Under the pieces are notes generated by a model that saw only the letters and a program-made list of their open reading frames with translations, did not search any database and was not told the DNA's origin. Source: Hemiscyllium ocellatum (lineage: Eukaryota). Taken from it: DNA of 64,000 nt. Made by a program: the position numbers and the translations under genes. How positions within the stretch are numbered: position 1 is the stretch's first letter; every line of letters begins with the position of its first letter. The stretch spans positions 36,171,090 to 36,235,089 of the forward strand of contig NC_083435.1 of NCBI RefSeq assembly GCF_020745735.1. The letters are read 5' to 3'. Of this stretch, positions 61,901-64,000 are shown in pieces.

Positions 61901-64000
61901 CTTTCCCAACTGTACCAGTCTCAGCTTGATCCCCTTTCTCAATATCTCCCTGGGTGCGCCCCCTCCCTCCACCTTACTCATTTAAATCCTCCAGAGCAGC
62001 TCTAGCAAATCTCCCTGCCAGTATATTAGTCGCCCCCACCCCCCTTCCAATTTAGATGCAATCTATCCTTCTTGTACAGGTCACTTCTACCTCAGAAGAG
62101 ATTCCAGTGATCCAAAAATGTGAATCCTTCTCCCATACACCAGCTCCTCAGCCAATTATTCATCTGCTCTATCCTTCTATTTCTACCCTCATTAGCTCGC
62201 AGCACCAGGAGTAATCAAGATATTACTACTCTTGAGGACCTCCTTTTTAAATCTCTGCCTAACTCTCTATATTCTCCATTCAGAATCTCATCCTTTTCCC
62301 TTCTTATGTCATTGGTTCCAACATGTACAATGACCTCTTGCTAGTCCCTCTCCCCTTTTGAGAACATTCTTCACTCTGTCTGAGATATCCTTGATTCTGA
62401 GACCAGGGAGTTAACACACCATTCTGATTTTTCACTGCTGGTCACAGAAATGTTGTCCATGCCTCTGAATAGAGAGTGCCCTAACACAATCGATTGCTTG
62501 GAACCCGACGTACCCCACATTACATGAGAGCCAGTCTTGATACCAGAAACTTGGCTGTTCCTGTTACATTCCCCTGAGACCCCATCACCCCTTACATTTT
62601 CCAAAAAACATCCTTGTTTGAAATGGGGATAGCCACAGGAGACTCCTGCACTTCGTGCCTACTCTCCTACCTTTCCTGGAGGTAACAATCTACCTGACTT
62701 TATCTGTGGCTTTTCTGCCTTCCTGTAACTGCCATCCATCACACCCCCTTTCTCTAGTAAATTCCTCATTGCCTCCAACTGTTGCTCCAACTGATCCATG
62801 CGATTCAATATGATTCGCAACCAAGCACATTTCCTGCAAACAATCATCAGTAACATGAAAACCCTCTCTAACCTCCCACATCCGACAGGAAGAGCATATC
62901 ACTCTGCTAAGGGTCATCACTGCTCCTTCACAATATACAAACCCAGAAAATAGCACCGTCTTATTGCGCTGGAAAGCAGTGCTCCAGGCTAACTGGGAAC
63001 GTTTGGTTTATATTTCTAAAAAATTAATCAAGAGACAGGTTTCAATTAAACAAATAATCAAAAAATAATTTACTCTATTCAGTTCTGCAGACTTCCAGCA
63101 AGGTTACACATTAAAAATTATGAACGTATCTGTTCCTGTGCTGGTTCCTCCAAGGTCAGCTGTGAATTTCGCTGTTTGTTAATTTTCCAAGACACACTCT
63201 GATATCCACAGATCCGTGAACTCTTTGTCTGCCTTTCCTCCTTTTAAAAGTGCTGTTGTTTTGACTTTTCTTTCTCTCCCAAGTTCCAAAACAATGCAGC
63301 AGCATGTACAACAGTAATTGCTGCTCCTGGAACTTGAGAAAATCACCCGAACACCTAAAATACCTCAAAAAAGAGCAGCTCTTCCAGACACATTTTCTTT
63401 CCTGTCCTCCAGCTTGGATTACGCAGGACAGCCCAGATCCTTCTCAACTCTTCCTCTTTATAAACCCATCCTGATGCCTTTTAAATCCTGTTATTGTACC
63501 AGTCTCTATCACTTCCTCTGGCAGCTCATTCCATATTTGCACCACCCTCTGTGTGAACAAGTTGCCTCTTAGATCGCTTTTATATCTTTTCCCTCTCACT
63601 TTCAACGTATTCCCTTTAGTTTCGGACTCCCCTATCGTGGGAAAAAGAGTTTGGCTATTCACCTTATCTATGCCCCTCATGATTTTATAAACTTCTATAA
63701 GGTCACCCCTCAGCCTCCAACACTCTGGGGAAAATAGCCCCAGTCTATTCAGTCACTCACTACAGCTTCAAACCTTGTCAATCTTTTCTGAATCCTTTCA
63801 CATTTCCGAAGCAGGAAGTCAAGAATCTAACATAGCATTCGAAAACTGGCTGAATCAATGTTCTGTACAGCTGCAACATGATATCCCAACTCCTGTCCTC
63901 AATCCACTGACCAATAAAGGCAAGTAGACCAAACACCTTCTTCACTATCCTGTCAATCTGTAACTCCACCTTCAGGAACTATGACTCTACACCCCAAGGT
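58970..64000 (-). mobile_element. Long degenerate CR1 (ORF1 through tail, about 59030-63100) plus further CR1 3' fragments
   Basis: CSSCRMWEVRE (ORF1), junction at about 61980, APE and RT motifs. Confidence 0.8.

Overview
Eukaryotic, intron-rich genomic DNA from a cartilaginous fish, most likely a shark (HE1/V-SINE-like SINEs, shark-type CR1 LINEs). The core is a tandem, same-strand (+) cluster of divergent non-classical MHC class I heavy-chain genes that the ORF track shows only as fragments. Gene A: leader exon ends at base 1; alpha1/alpha2/alpha3/TM/2 cytoplasmic exons to 8039, with a 220-N gap at the alpha3 end. A decayed copy D lies at about 12.7-15.0 kb. Gene B is complete (7 coding exons, 18831-38409, 346 aa, all phase-1 GT-AG introns). 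Gene C shows only leader and alpha1; the rest is not in the window. The alpha2 domains lack the canonical C101-C164 disulfide and several peptide-anchoring residues, while alpha3 and leader/intron 1 are nearly identical between copies. The rest is nested retroelements: a near-intact CR1 with a UUUAAAC slippery site at its ORF1/ORF2 junction, a Tx1-like LINE inside an ORF1-only L1-like element, Penelope fragments and small palindromic elements with hammerhead-like cores, Gypsy relics, SINEs and two minisatellite families. No prokaryotic features or CRISPR arrays. Family and lineage names come from motif recognition, not database searches; repeat boundaries without TSDs are approximate.
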